Shown piece by piece: positions 1 to 8,272 of a stretch of 64,000 nucleotides of DNA. Below the pieces are notes generated by a model. That model saw only the letters and a list, made by a program, of their open reading frames with translations. It searched no databases and was not told the DNA's origin. The stretch comes from Candidatus Omnitrophota bacterium (lineage in GTDB: Bacteria > Ratteibacteria > UBA8468 > MWAK01), in assembly GCA_043797665.1 (NCBI GenBank), contig JAZDPL010000073.1, forward strand, positions 62,009 through 126,008, read 5' to 3'. Numbering within the stretch: the first letter of the stretch is position 1; each line of letters starts with the position of its first letter. Both the position numbers and the translations under genes were made by a program.

Positions 1-271
1 TCGCCAGGCGGTAGTCACCGATTGTGGCGTAGGCATTACCCCGGCGGTGGTAGGCTTTTTCGTGGTCCGGATTTATCTTTAAGGTCCTGGTGTAGTCGGC
101 AATTGCCCCGGTATAATTTTTTTGAGCCCAGTAGACGATACCCCGGTTGTAATAGGCTTCCGTACTTTCCGGATTGAGTTCTATCGCCTGATTGAAACAG
201 TCGAACGCCTCTTCGTATTTACCCTGTTGATAGGCGGTGATACCCTGGTCGATCAGTTTCAGTACCGACAT
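1..271 (-). CDS. TPR-repeat protein (N-terminal part; runs off the window edge)
   Basis: Manual translation from ATG at 271: MSVLKLIDQGITAYQQGKYEEAFDCFNQAIELNPESTEAYYNRGIVYWAQKNYTGAIADYTRTLKINPDHEKAYHRRGNAY. These are consecutive TPR motifs. Not in the supplied ORF track. Confidence 0.85.
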   Translation of the reverse strand, partial: MSVLKLIDQGITAYQQGKYEEAFDCFNQAIELNPESTEAYYNRGIVYWAQKNYTGAIADYTRTLKINPDHEKAYHRRGNAYATIGDYRLA

Positions 272-285
272 CGTTTTCCTTATGA

Positions 286-335
286 GTAGGGGCTTGATTT
301 ATCAAGCCCGCGGGCGCCATGAATGGCGCCCCTAC
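286..335. repeat. REP-like doublet, family A (GTAGGGG-hairpin ... hairpin-CCCCTAC)
   Basis: GTAG-GGGCTTGA-TTTA-TCAAGCCC-GC-GGGCGCCA-TGAA-TGGCGCCC-CTAC, abutting the valS stop codon. Related copies at 2998, 30800 and 63902. Confidence 0.85.
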
Positions 336-2993
336 TTATTCTAAAAATAATAGGTGGTCTTCCAGACTCTGCTTCTTTTCCCGAAACTCTTTTTGTCTAA
401 CTTCTTCTCTACCGATAACCTCGGCCGGCGCCTTACTCAAGAACTCCGGGTTCTTTAGCCGGTTTTCAATCTTAGCCAGTTCTGCTTCCATCTCTTCCAA
501 TTCCTTCCGGAACCGAAATTTTTCCTTATCCGGGTCAAAGAGACCGGTCAGAGGCAGGAAGACCTCAGCCTTGCCTGAGAGGAGCCGGCAGGCTTCCATC
601 TTCTGGCGCTGGTGGTTAGAGGTAACTTCAATCTCCGAGAGACCGGCCAATTTCAAGAAATAGTGTTTGGTTTCGGAAAGCAGCCCCTTTTCCTCCTGCG
701 TAATCCGCAGAATCGCCGTTACTTTCTGACCCGGCGCAATATTAAATTCCCGCTTTAAATCACGGGTTGCGGTGATAGTTTCCAGGACCAAATTCATCCG
801 CTTATTTAAGCCAGGCTGGTAATGGCCCCGGCCGGTTGTAGGCCAGGCAGACAGCGCCAGAGGTTTGTCTGCTTTCAGACGGCTCCAGATCTCTTCGGTA
901 AGAAAAGGCATTAGAGGATGGAGAAGGTGCAAGAACCGGTCCAGAACAAAGATTGCCACCGCAAGGCTGGTTTTATCACCTTTTTCTTCCAGGTCCACCT
1001 TCATCATCTCCAAATACCAGTCGCAGTACCGGTGCCAGAAGAACTGGTAGAGAGCGAGGGCATTTTCGTTGAGCCGCAGCGTTTTGAACCCCTTCTCAAC
1101 ATTCCGGCGGGTCTCTTCCAATTCGGAAAGAATCCAGCGCTGGCTGCTGGTAAGGGTCGGATAAATCCGACCCCTACACAGAGTGAGATGAGGGGAATCA
1201 GCCAATCCAATTTCCTCGGCGCGGGTTATGAGCAGACGGCTGGCGTTCCAGATTTTGTTGGCAAAGTTCCGGCCCAGGGTGAAACTCTTTCTCCCGATGA
1301 AGAGGTCCTGGCCCTGGCCGGCAAAAGAAATGAGGCTGAACCGCAGAGAATCCGCACCCACCTCTTCAATCACCTCCAAAGGGTCAATGACGTTGCCGTA
1401 TGATTTGCTCATCTTTCTGCCGGTCTCATCCCTTACGGTTCCGTGGATATAGACTTCAGCGAAGGGTAATTTTCCGGTAAACTCCAGGCCAGCCATTACC
1501 ATCCGGGCGACCCAGAAGAAGATGATTTCCGGTGCGGTAACCAGAATATGGGTGGGATAAAAGGACCGGAGGTCGGTGGTTTCTTCCGGCCAGCCAAAGA
1601 CCGAGAAGGGCCAGAGCCAGGAGGAGAACCAGGTGTCCAGAACGTCCGAATCCTGGCTGATGTTGGTAGCGCCGCAGTCCGGACACCTATCCGGAGGTGT
1701 TTCCGAAACGATGATACCTTTAGCAGAATTGCGGTTGATACATTCTTGACAATAGTAGACCGGTATCCGGTGTCCCCACCAGATTTGCCGGCTGATGCAC
1801 CAGTCTTCAATATTCTCCAGCCACTGCCGGTATACCTTCTGCCAGCGCTTCGGGTAGAAACGGGGCTTCCCTTTTTTTGCCCATTCCAGAGCGGATTCTG
1901 CCAGCGGTTTCATCCGGACAAACCACTGTTGGGAAAGGTATGGCTCCACCACAGTTTCGCACCGGTAACAACGACCGATACTGTGCTGGTAGTCAGAGGT
2001 CTTTTCTAACAGACCATCCTCTTTCAGAAGCGCCACCACTTCCTCCCGGCAGGAAAACCTTTCCTTGCCGGCAAAAGCCCCGGCTTCTTTGGTCAAAAAA
2101 CCCTTTTCATCTATCGCGGTGATGCCGGGCAGACCCAGGTCTTTAGCGATTCGGAAGTCGTTGGCGTCGTGGTGAGGTGTTATCTTGACCGCACCGGTCC
2201 CGAACCCTTTGTCCACTAAAGGATGTGCCACAATGGGTATCGGACGGTTTAAAATCGGAAGGAGCACTTTTGTCCCGACCAGTTTTTTGTACCGGATATC
2301 TTTTGGGTTGACCGCAACTGCGGTATCGCCGAAGAGCGTCTCCGGCCGGGTGGTGGCAACCACCACACCTTTGGTCCCGTCCGCGCCGGGGTAACGGATA
2401 TAGTAAAGGTGGCTGTCCTCCGGTTCGTGCTCCACCTCTTCGTTAGCCAGCGCGGTTCCGCAGCGCGGGCACCAGTTAACGATGTAGTTCCCCCGGTAGA
2501 CCAGACCTTTCCGGTAGAGACGGACAAAGGCAATACGTACCGCCTGGCTCAAGCCTTCGTCCATCGTGAACCGCTCCCTTTCCCAGTCGCAGGACGCTCC
2601 CAATTTTTTTAACTGTTCAATAATAGTGGAACCGCGTTTTTCTTTCCACTGCCAGACCTCTTCCAGAAACTTCTCCCGGCCCAGGTCGTTCCGTTTCAGA
2701 CCCTTTTCCAGAAGGTAGCGTTCCACCACGTTCTGGGTGGCGATACCCGCGTGGTCGGTCCCGGGAACCCATAAGGCATTAAAGCCAGCCATCCGTTTCC
2801 AGCGGATGAGCACGTCCTGGATAGTATTATTCAGGGCATGGCCGATGTGGAGGACGCCGGTCACGTTGGGCGGCGGAATGACGACGACAAAGGGTTTCTT
2901 GTCGGAAAGGTTATCGGCGCGGAAAAACCCGTTCTCCTGATAGACCTTCAGCCACTTTGTTTCCACCTCTTTCGCATTATACTGCTTATCCAT
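336..2993 (-). CDS. valS: Valine--tRNA ligase
   Basis: PPPNVTG-LHIGH (HIGH), GTDHAGIATQ, DWCISRQIWWGH, KMSKS, C-terminal coiled coil; 885 aa. Confidence 0.98.
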   Translation of the reverse strand: MDKQYNAKEVETKWLKVYQENGFFRADNLSDKKPFVVVIPPPNVTGVLHIGHALNNTIQDVLIRWKRMAGFNALWVPGTDHAGIATQNVVERYLLEKGLKRNDLGREKFLEEVWQWKEKRGSTIIEQLKKLGASCDWERERFTMDEGLSQAVRIAFVRLYRKGLVYRGNYIVNWCPRCGTALANEEVEHEPEDSHLYYIRYPGADGTKGVVVATTRPETLFGDTAVAVNPKDIRYKKLVGTKVLLPILNRPIPIVAHPLVDKGFGTGAVKITPHHDANDFRIAKDLGLPGITAIDEKGFLTKEAGAFAGKERFSCREEVVALLKEDGLLEKTSDYQHSIGRCYRCETVVEPYLSQQWFVRMKPLAESALEWAKKGKPRFYPKRWQKVYRQWLENIEDWCISRQIWWGHRIPVYYCQECINRNSAKGIIVSETPPDRCPDCGATNISQDSDVLDTWFSSWLWPFSVFGWPEETTDLRSFYPTHILVTAPEIIFFWVARMVMAGLEFTGKLPFAEVYIHGTVRDETGRKMSKSYGNVIDPLEVIEEVGADSLRFSLISFAGQGQDLFIGRKSFTLGRNFANKIWNASRLLITRAEEIGLADSPHLTLCRGRIYPTLTSSQRWILSELEETRRNVEKGFKTLRLNENALALYQFFWHRYCDWYLEMMKVDLEEKGDKTSLAVAIFVLDRFLHLLHPLMPFLTEEIWSRLKADKPLALSAWPTTGRGHYQPGLNKRMNLVLETITATRDLKREFNIAPGQKVTAILRITQEEKGLLSETKHYFLKLAGLSEIEVTSNHQRQKMEACRLLSGKAEVFLPLTGLFDPDKEKFRFRKELEEMEAELAKIENRLKNPEFLSKAPAEVIGREEVRQKEFREKKQSLEDHLLFLE
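1154..1177 (-). repeat. Family A REP half-site inside the valS reading frame
   Basis: Minus strand GTAGGGGTCGGATTTATCCGACCC is identical to 30800-30823 and is translated as CRGRIYPTL. Confidence 0.85.
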
Positions 2994-2997
2994 AATG

Positions 2998-3083
2998 GTA
3001 GGGGTTCGATTTATCGAACCCGCGGGCCCCGTATAGGCGGCTATCGCCTTTTACGGGGAGGGCTTGATGAATCAAACCCCTAT
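2998..3083. repeat. REP-like doublet, family A, with an extra internal hairpin, just upstream of valS
   Basis: GTAG-GGGTTCGA-TTTA-TCGAACCC ... CCCCGTA..TACGGGG ... GGGCTTGA-TGAA-TCAAACCC-CTAT. Confidence 0.8.
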
Positions 3084-3163
3084 TATTAAACCCTTATTTG
3101 GGTACATCTGTCAAGAATTCTGCAGAATGCGATTACGAGTGACCCTGCAATATTATTCCCGGC

Positions 3164-3207
3164 CGGTTGACAATAAAAAATAAGGAAGGTTGACATTTAG
3201 TTGACAA
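3164..3207 (+). repeat. Triple TTGACA array, upstream copy
   Basis: TTGACA at 3167, 3190 and 3201 (spacing 23 and 11). Matches 4224-4267 at 34 of 44 positions by hand alignment. Confidence 0.8.
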
Positions 3208-3218
3208 TAGCGTATAAT
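3190..3218 (+). promoter_or_regulatory. Consensus sigma70 promoter
   Basis: TTGACA-17 bp-TATAAT. The ATG lies only 8 nt after the -10 box and there is no SD. Confidence 0.8.
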
Positions 3219-3226
3219 GTTATTCC

Positions 3227-4243
3227 ATGGAAACGATTGATAAAATACTGAGGTATCTCAAGGTAAGAAATACCGTTTCCGGAGGAGAATTGTCCGAACT
3301 CCTCGGGATATCAAGACAGGCAATAAATAAGCATCTTAAGTCCTTGATTCAAAGAGGCGTTGTTGCCAAAGAGGGTAATACAAAGGGGACAATATATCGG
3401 ATTGCCGGGAAGATTAAACCGCAACGGAAATTCAGAAAAATCTGTGTCCTTAAGGACTTAGAAGAAGACAGGGTATTTAAGGAAGTGGAATTATTTCTAA
3501 ATTTAGGGGGCAATCTCAGGGAAAATGTTCTTGATATCGTCAACTATGTATTCACGGAAATTCTGAATAATGCCATAGAACACTCTAAGTCGGAAAAATG
3601 CGGCGTGGAAGTCTGTCTCAGTGAGTACCAGTGCAGGTTTACCATAAGAGACTACGGCATCGGTATTTTTCATTCTATTTATACCAAGTTTAACCTCCCG
3701 GATGAAAATTCTGCCATGGGAGAACTTATCAAAGGGAAAATAACCACGATGCGGGAAAAACACACCGGCGAAGGCGTCTTTTTTTCCTCAAAATCAGGGG
3801 ATAGTGTTCTTTTCAGGTCTCACAAAATAAATCTTGGTTTTGATAATATGAAACAGGATGTTTTTGTGGAAGAAAAGAAATTCATAAACGGTACCGAGGT
3901 CACCTTTAATATCAGCCGTTCTTCGCGGAGAAGACTTGCGGAAATTTTTAAACAGTATGCTCCGGAGGAGTTTGATTACGGATTTGAAAAAACCAGGGTA
4001 TTTGTAAAACTATTTCAAAAAGATTACGTCTCCAGGTCAGAGGCGAAAAGATTACTTGCCGGGCTGGATAGGTTTAAAGAAATCGTATTGGATTTTAAGG
4101 ATGTCAAATCCATTGGTCAGGGTTTTGCCGACGAAACATTCCGGGTATTCCGGAGACAACATCCGGATATCGTGATAAAGACCGAAAATCTTAGCCCCCT
4201 TATTTCCCCGGTCATTAAACATGCGGTTGACAATATAATTTAG
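3227..4243 (+). CDS. Winged-HTH + HATPase_c-like + STAS-like (DUF4325-type) regulatory protein
   Basis: N-terminal SGGELSELLGISRQAINKHL HTH; EILNNAIEH, IRDYGIGI and HTGEGVF GHKL boxes; C-terminal IVLDFKDVKSIGQGFADE STAS-like segment. Confidence 0.8.
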   Translation: METIDKILRYLKVRNTVSGGELSELLGISRQAINKHLKSLIQRGVVAKEGNTKGTIYRIAGKIKPQRKFRKICVLKDLEEDRVFKEVELFLNLGGNLRENVLDIVNYVFTEILNNAIEHSKSEKCGVEVCLSEYQCRFTIRDYGIGIFHSIYTKFNLPDENSAMGELIKGKITTMREKHTGEGVFFSSKSGDSVLFRSHKINLGFDNMKQDVFVEEKKFINGTEVTFNISRSSRRRLAEIFKQYAPEEFDYGFEKTRVFVKLFQKDYVSRSEAKRLLAGLDRFKEIVLDFKDVKSIGQGFADETFRVFRRQHPDIVIKTENLSPLISPVIKHAVDNII

Positions 4244-4267
4244 CCAAGGTTGACAATAGATTGACAA
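4224..4267 (+). repeat. Triple TTGACA array, downstream copy overlapping the last codons of the gene
   Basis: TTGACA at 4227, 4250 and 4261, the same spacing as the upstream copy and offset exactly 1060 bp. Confidence 0.8.
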
Positions 4268-4278
4268 ATGGGGGGTGA

Positions 4279-6207
4279 TTAGCCAACGCCGATGAGAATC
4301 GGATTGATTTGTTGACCGGAAAGGGCATTGATCGCGGTCCAGACGCCAACCGCACCAATCAGCCCCAGGATTAAACCCAGGAAGAACGGCACCGTCCGGC
4401 GGTAAACGATTGGCCCGCCGTAACGCAGGATGAGAGATTTGATTAACCAGGCTAAAAAGATCGAGAACCACGCGTAACGCATCACGTAGGTATCCGCGAT
4501 GGGGAAACCGATGTAGTGCAGGGGCCACCACAGAAATTTCTGGCGCATCACCGCCAGAAAGAGCATAACCGCAGCGCCCAGTCCGGCGAAGCCCAGACGG
4601 GGCAGGATGACCTGGACAGTTGGCGGGTTTGTTATCTTATCCTTGATAAAGTTGGCGATTGCAGAAGGCATACCAACGCCGTAGAACCACCCGTTGGGCG
4701 CGTTAAGCGCTCCGTACCGGTAACCTATTTTCACAATCATCCAGGCAGAGATAAAGTAAGAGACCACCAAAGAAGCGATGATTCCCCAGAAGAGAAGTCT
4801 GGGTTTTATCTTTGCCTCTTCCTGGATTTTCAGTCCGTTGGCGGTAGAAGCCATCACTGTGGTCCTGATATCTGAAGACCAGACGTATTGCAGACCCAAG
4901 GCGGTGTATCCGGACGGTTTCACCATTGATGGCGGCAAGGTATAAGCGGTAAAGTCCGGGGGGACGCATTGGCTCCGGGCAAAGCCGATTCCTGCCTGGC
5001 TGATGATGCGGGTTAAACCTAAGAAGACCACCAGTACGAAGAAGAGAAAGAGAAGGAGCGCCAGAAAGGACATCCCGGCATAAGACAGGAACCCGGCCAA
5101 AAGAATGATGGAGATTAACCCGCCGAAGACCGCGGTGCGGTAGGAGATAATTTCCGGGGAATCATCCGCCTCTCCTTTCCCGAAGGCCTTTCGGAAGACC
5201 GCAGATAGGTGTTTCCGGCCGGTCCAGATGAGGAAGAAGAAAAGGACAACCATCGCCCCGCCGCCCTGAAAGGAGGTGGCGGCAGAACCTCCCGCAAAGA
5301 CTTCGTTATGCCCCGGCAGGGAATAACCGGTGACATTGAACCAGCCGGTCTGCAGTTTAGAGACCAGGTGGAAGAACCACAGGGAGAAAGCGATATCTAA
5401 ACTTAAGAGATAGGCAAACCCCATAATGGGGAAACTGAGGAGGAAGGAGAGCGAATCGGTATTCCTGAATATATTTATGGCGTATTCAAATGAAATTCGC
5501 TTAAAAGCCGGGAAGAAGTAATTTAACCCGTTGATAGAAATCAAGATGAAGGGAATCGCAAAGCCCATCCACATAACCTTGTCGTAAAACAGGGAAGGCA
5601 GTCTCTGAGATGCTGTCTCCTTCCGGCACATCTCCAGAGGGACAAGGGCTAAGGGGAAGATGAGCCGTTCGTTCTCCATCCATTGCTTGCGGAAGATGAC
5701 CGCTAAAGAAATGGAAAGGAAAGAGAAGAAAAGGAAGGGCAGGAACCAGACCACAAGAGGTTTCAGCCAGGGGAGGAAGGAGACCGGAACGTTAGGGGGT
5801 AGACCTTCATAGAAGTAGAGGATACTCTGGAAGTCCTGGTTCACCAGGCAGGTCTTAATCTTGTCTCCAAAGGTGGCTACCCACTCGTTGGCCGGGCTGG
5901 CAAAGTAGGGGATGCCCGCGATGACCGGAAAGAGGTTTCCCATCACGCCCCAACTGGGTACCACGCAGGCTTCCGAGACCATAATAAAGATAAGCAGCAA
6001 CTCCGGAGGGCTAAAGATGAGTTTGCGGTGGACGAAGGATAATGCGCCGCTTAGCAGAATGACCACCAGAAGCGCCAGGAGGGCTCCGGCGGTCATAAAA
6101 TCAGAACAGAGTCCGTTCCCCTGAATTTTCAGCAGGAGTAAAGGTTCCAGCGCCGCAATTCCGGCAGACAGGACCAGACCGGTCAGGAACGCCCGTTTCA
6201 TCGCCAT
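4279..6207 (-). CDS. Large polytopic membrane protein, putative transporter (resembles DUF6785/DUF6784 proteins)
   Basis: 642 aa with many hydrophobic helices; motifs FRKQWMENERLIFPL, WWPLHYIG and KSLILRYGG...PFFLGLILG. Last gene of a GH operon. Confidence 0.7.
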   Translation of the reverse strand: MAMKRAFLTGLVLSAGIAALEPLLLLKIQGNGLCSDFMTAGALLALLVVILLSGALSFVHRKLIFSPPELLLIFIMVSEACVVPSWGVMGNLFPVIAGIPYFASPANEWVATFGDKIKTCLVNQDFQSILYFYEGLPPNVPVSFLPWLKPLVVWFLPFLFFSFLSISLAVIFRKQWMENERLIFPLALVPLEMCRKETASQRLPSLFYDKVMWMGFAIPFILISINGLNYFFPAFKRISFEYAINIFRNTDSLSFLLSFPIMGFAYLLSLDIAFSLWFFHLVSKLQTGWFNVTGYSLPGHNEVFAGGSAATSFQGGGAMVVLFFFLIWTGRKHLSAVFRKAFGKGEADDSPEIISYRTAVFGGLISIILLAGFLSYAGMSFLALLLFLFFVLVVFLGLTRIISQAGIGFARSQCVPPDFTAYTLPPSMVKPSGYTALGLQYVWSSDIRTTVMASTANGLKIQEEAKIKPRLLFWGIIASLVVSYFISAWMIVKIGYRYGALNAPNGWFYGVGMPSAIANFIKDKITNPPTVQVILPRLGFAGLGAAVMLFLAVMRQKFLWWPLHYIGFPIADTYVMRYAWFSIFLAWLIKSLILRYGGPIVYRRTVPFFLGLILGLIGAVGVWTAINALSGQQINPILIGVG

Positions 6208-6259
6208 ACAGTATACCCTTTTTCCATCAAAATTTTCAAACGGGCGGGAAGAATATAAG

Positions 6260-8251
6260 TCACCGCCTTAAAGCGGATTGGCCTCTTTGAAAAAGTTTGC
6301 GGATTTTCTTTGCGGCCGGCTTGGGATGGCCGTAAAAATCTATAATGGATGTATTTGCGGTACAGGGAAAACTGTCGTGTCCCATCCAGATAATAATGCC
6401 GCCGCAGGCCGGAAAACGTGCCTGGCATGCTTCCACCGCGATTGACAGAGCCTGTGCCTGGCGTTTCTGGCTCCACCGGACATACTCACCCAGGTTTTTT
6501 GGCCCCCGGCCTTTTTCCCGGATAAACTGCGGCCATTCTATCCACCAAGTGGAAGTCCGACGCCAAAGAGGATTTTCTGCTTTGCCGGGCACCTCCGGAC
6601 AATTGCCCCGAAACGCACGGATGACCTTGACAGAACTTGCTCCGGGCGCACCAACCTCTGACCGAAAGAGTGCGTCGTCCTTCTGCCAGTAACTTCTCCA
6701 CCCCTTCTCCAGATTTCCGATTGCCTTCCAGGGACCGTGCACATCCCAGTGCAAACCTTTGCCGAAATCTTTTTTATCAGCGGTGAAGCGGGGTCCCCCG
6801 GCTGATGTCGGCAGAAAGCGCCGCGTCGGGTCTCTTTTGGCAACAATACTTTTCAGCCGCCTGATAAGAGGGTGGCTGCACTCAACCGGTTTTCCGATAC
6901 CAACCTTGCCGCCCTTCAAATCTCCCTGCAATTCGTTACCTCCGCACCAGAGAGATAGAGAGACGTGGTGCTGTCGCCGGCTGATATAGGATTCGGCAAT
7001 CTGAGCCATTTCAACAATGATTGCTTTATCTTCCGGCGGCCAGTTATCTATACCCGACGAGGACAAGGGGAATTCTTGCCAGACCAAAAACCCCAGTTCA
7101 TCACAGAGGTCATAGAAAGCCCCCTTCTCCAGATAACCTCCGCCCCAGACGCGTAAAATATTGCACCCCAGGTCTTGATAAAGTTTCAGTCTTCGGCGAT
7201 AATCGCCGGGAGTTACGTCGGCGAAATTCGGCCGGAGCGGAGTCCAGTTTACTCCCTGCAGGAAGACCGTCCGGCCGTTCACCACGCATAACCAGGGGTC
7301 AGCTTTTTCGGGCGCTTCCCGGCACTGCGACCAGGCCAGAGATTTGAAACCGACCCGTCGCGTAACCCGGTCATTTTCCTTTCCTTTTTCGTCAAGCAAC
7401 CGGCAGGACAAAAGGTAAAGAGGTTGTTTTCCCTGTAAGTTCGGCCACCACAAATCCACCGGTAGACCGCTCCAGGAAAAACCATCTCTATTAAATTTTG
7501 ATGCTTCCAGTTCTTCCGTGCGCAACGCAAGGCCGTCCTTCTTCAAAGAAAGTCTGACCAGATAACGCCCCGGACCCGCCGGAACCGAACCCGAAACCCG
7601 CAGGGAGCCGGTCTTGTCGGAGAGGTTAACATCGGTGATGCAGCGAAAATCATTAATTTCCTTCCTGTCAAACGATTCCAAAAGAACCGAATCCCAGATG
7701 CCCGTCTGAACCAGTCTCGCGGTCCAGTCCCAGGTGTAATTGAAGCGGGGCTTCCAGTCTTTAATCCGGCTGGTAAACCCGAATTGTCCCAGCCACCGGG
7801 GAGGATAGTCGAAGATTATGGTTAAGAAATTATTCTTCTTTCGCAAATAAGGAGTGAGGTTGAATATGTGCGGGATAAAAGAACCTTTAAATTGTGCAAC
7901 TTTCCGGCCATTGACAAATATCCAGCCGCTGTAGTCAAGCCCCAGGCAATTCAGGCGCCAGGAACTTCCGGTCCGCAGCCAATGGTCTGGAATCCGCACC
8001 CCGTAAATCCAGTGGCGGTTTTCCACCCACTCACAGTCCCGTCCGTTCAACCCCTTGTTCCAATCCGGCAGAATTCCGGCCTTACGCAGTGCGCCCTGAA
8101 CCGAACCGGGTACCCTGACGCTTATGCCCGGCACTTCGGCGTGAGGATGGAAGGAATCCTTGGTTCCTTCAGGGAGCCACTGATAGGGCGTCCACCCTGA
8201 TAAACGCCACTTCAGTTGTGACAGGTCATACGTTCTTTTCATCGGCGTCAA
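6260..8251 (-). CDS. GH2 glycoside hydrolase (beta-mannosidase-like), no signal peptide
   Basis: WDW, VNGRTVFLQGVNW, NILRVWGGG, YDLCDELGFLVWQEF, LWCGGNE and SEVG motifs. Confidence 0.85.
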   Translation of the reverse strand: MTPMKRTYDLSQLKWRLSGWTPYQWLPEGTKDSFHPHAEVPGISVRVPGSVQGALRKAGILPDWNKGLNGRDCEWVENRHWIYGVRIPDHWLRTGSSWRLNCLGLDYSGWIFVNGRKVAQFKGSFIPHIFNLTPYLRKKNNFLTIIFDYPPRWLGQFGFTSRIKDWKPRFNYTWDWTARLVQTGIWDSVLLESFDRKEINDFRCITDVNLSDKTGSLRVSGSVPAGPGRYLVRLSLKKDGLALRTEELEASKFNRDGFSWSGLPVDLWWPNLQGKQPLYLLSCRLLDEKGKENDRVTRRVGFKSLAWSQCREAPEKADPWLCVVNGRTVFLQGVNWTPLRPNFADVTPGDYRRRLKLYQDLGCNILRVWGGGYLEKGAFYDLCDELGFLVWQEFPLSSSGIDNWPPEDKAIIVEMAQIAESYISRRQHHVSLSLWCGGNELQGDLKGGKVGIGKPVECSHPLIRRLKSIVAKRDPTRRFLPTSAGGPRFTADKKDFGKGLHWDVHGPWKAIGNLEKGWRSYWQKDDALFRSEVGAPGASSVKVIRAFRGNCPEVPGKAENPLWRRTSTWWIEWPQFIREKGRGPKNLGEYVRWSQKRQAQALSIAVEACQARFPACGGIIIWMGHDSFPCTANTSIIDFYGHPKPAAKKIRKLFQRGQSALRR

Positions 8252-8272
8252 ATTTTTAAATGCCTGATTTCC

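Noticed and set aside
2994..3226. T-box riboswitch upstream of valS
   Set aside because: I could not find the T-box consensus or a terminator/antiterminator pair; the hairpins are explained by REP family A.
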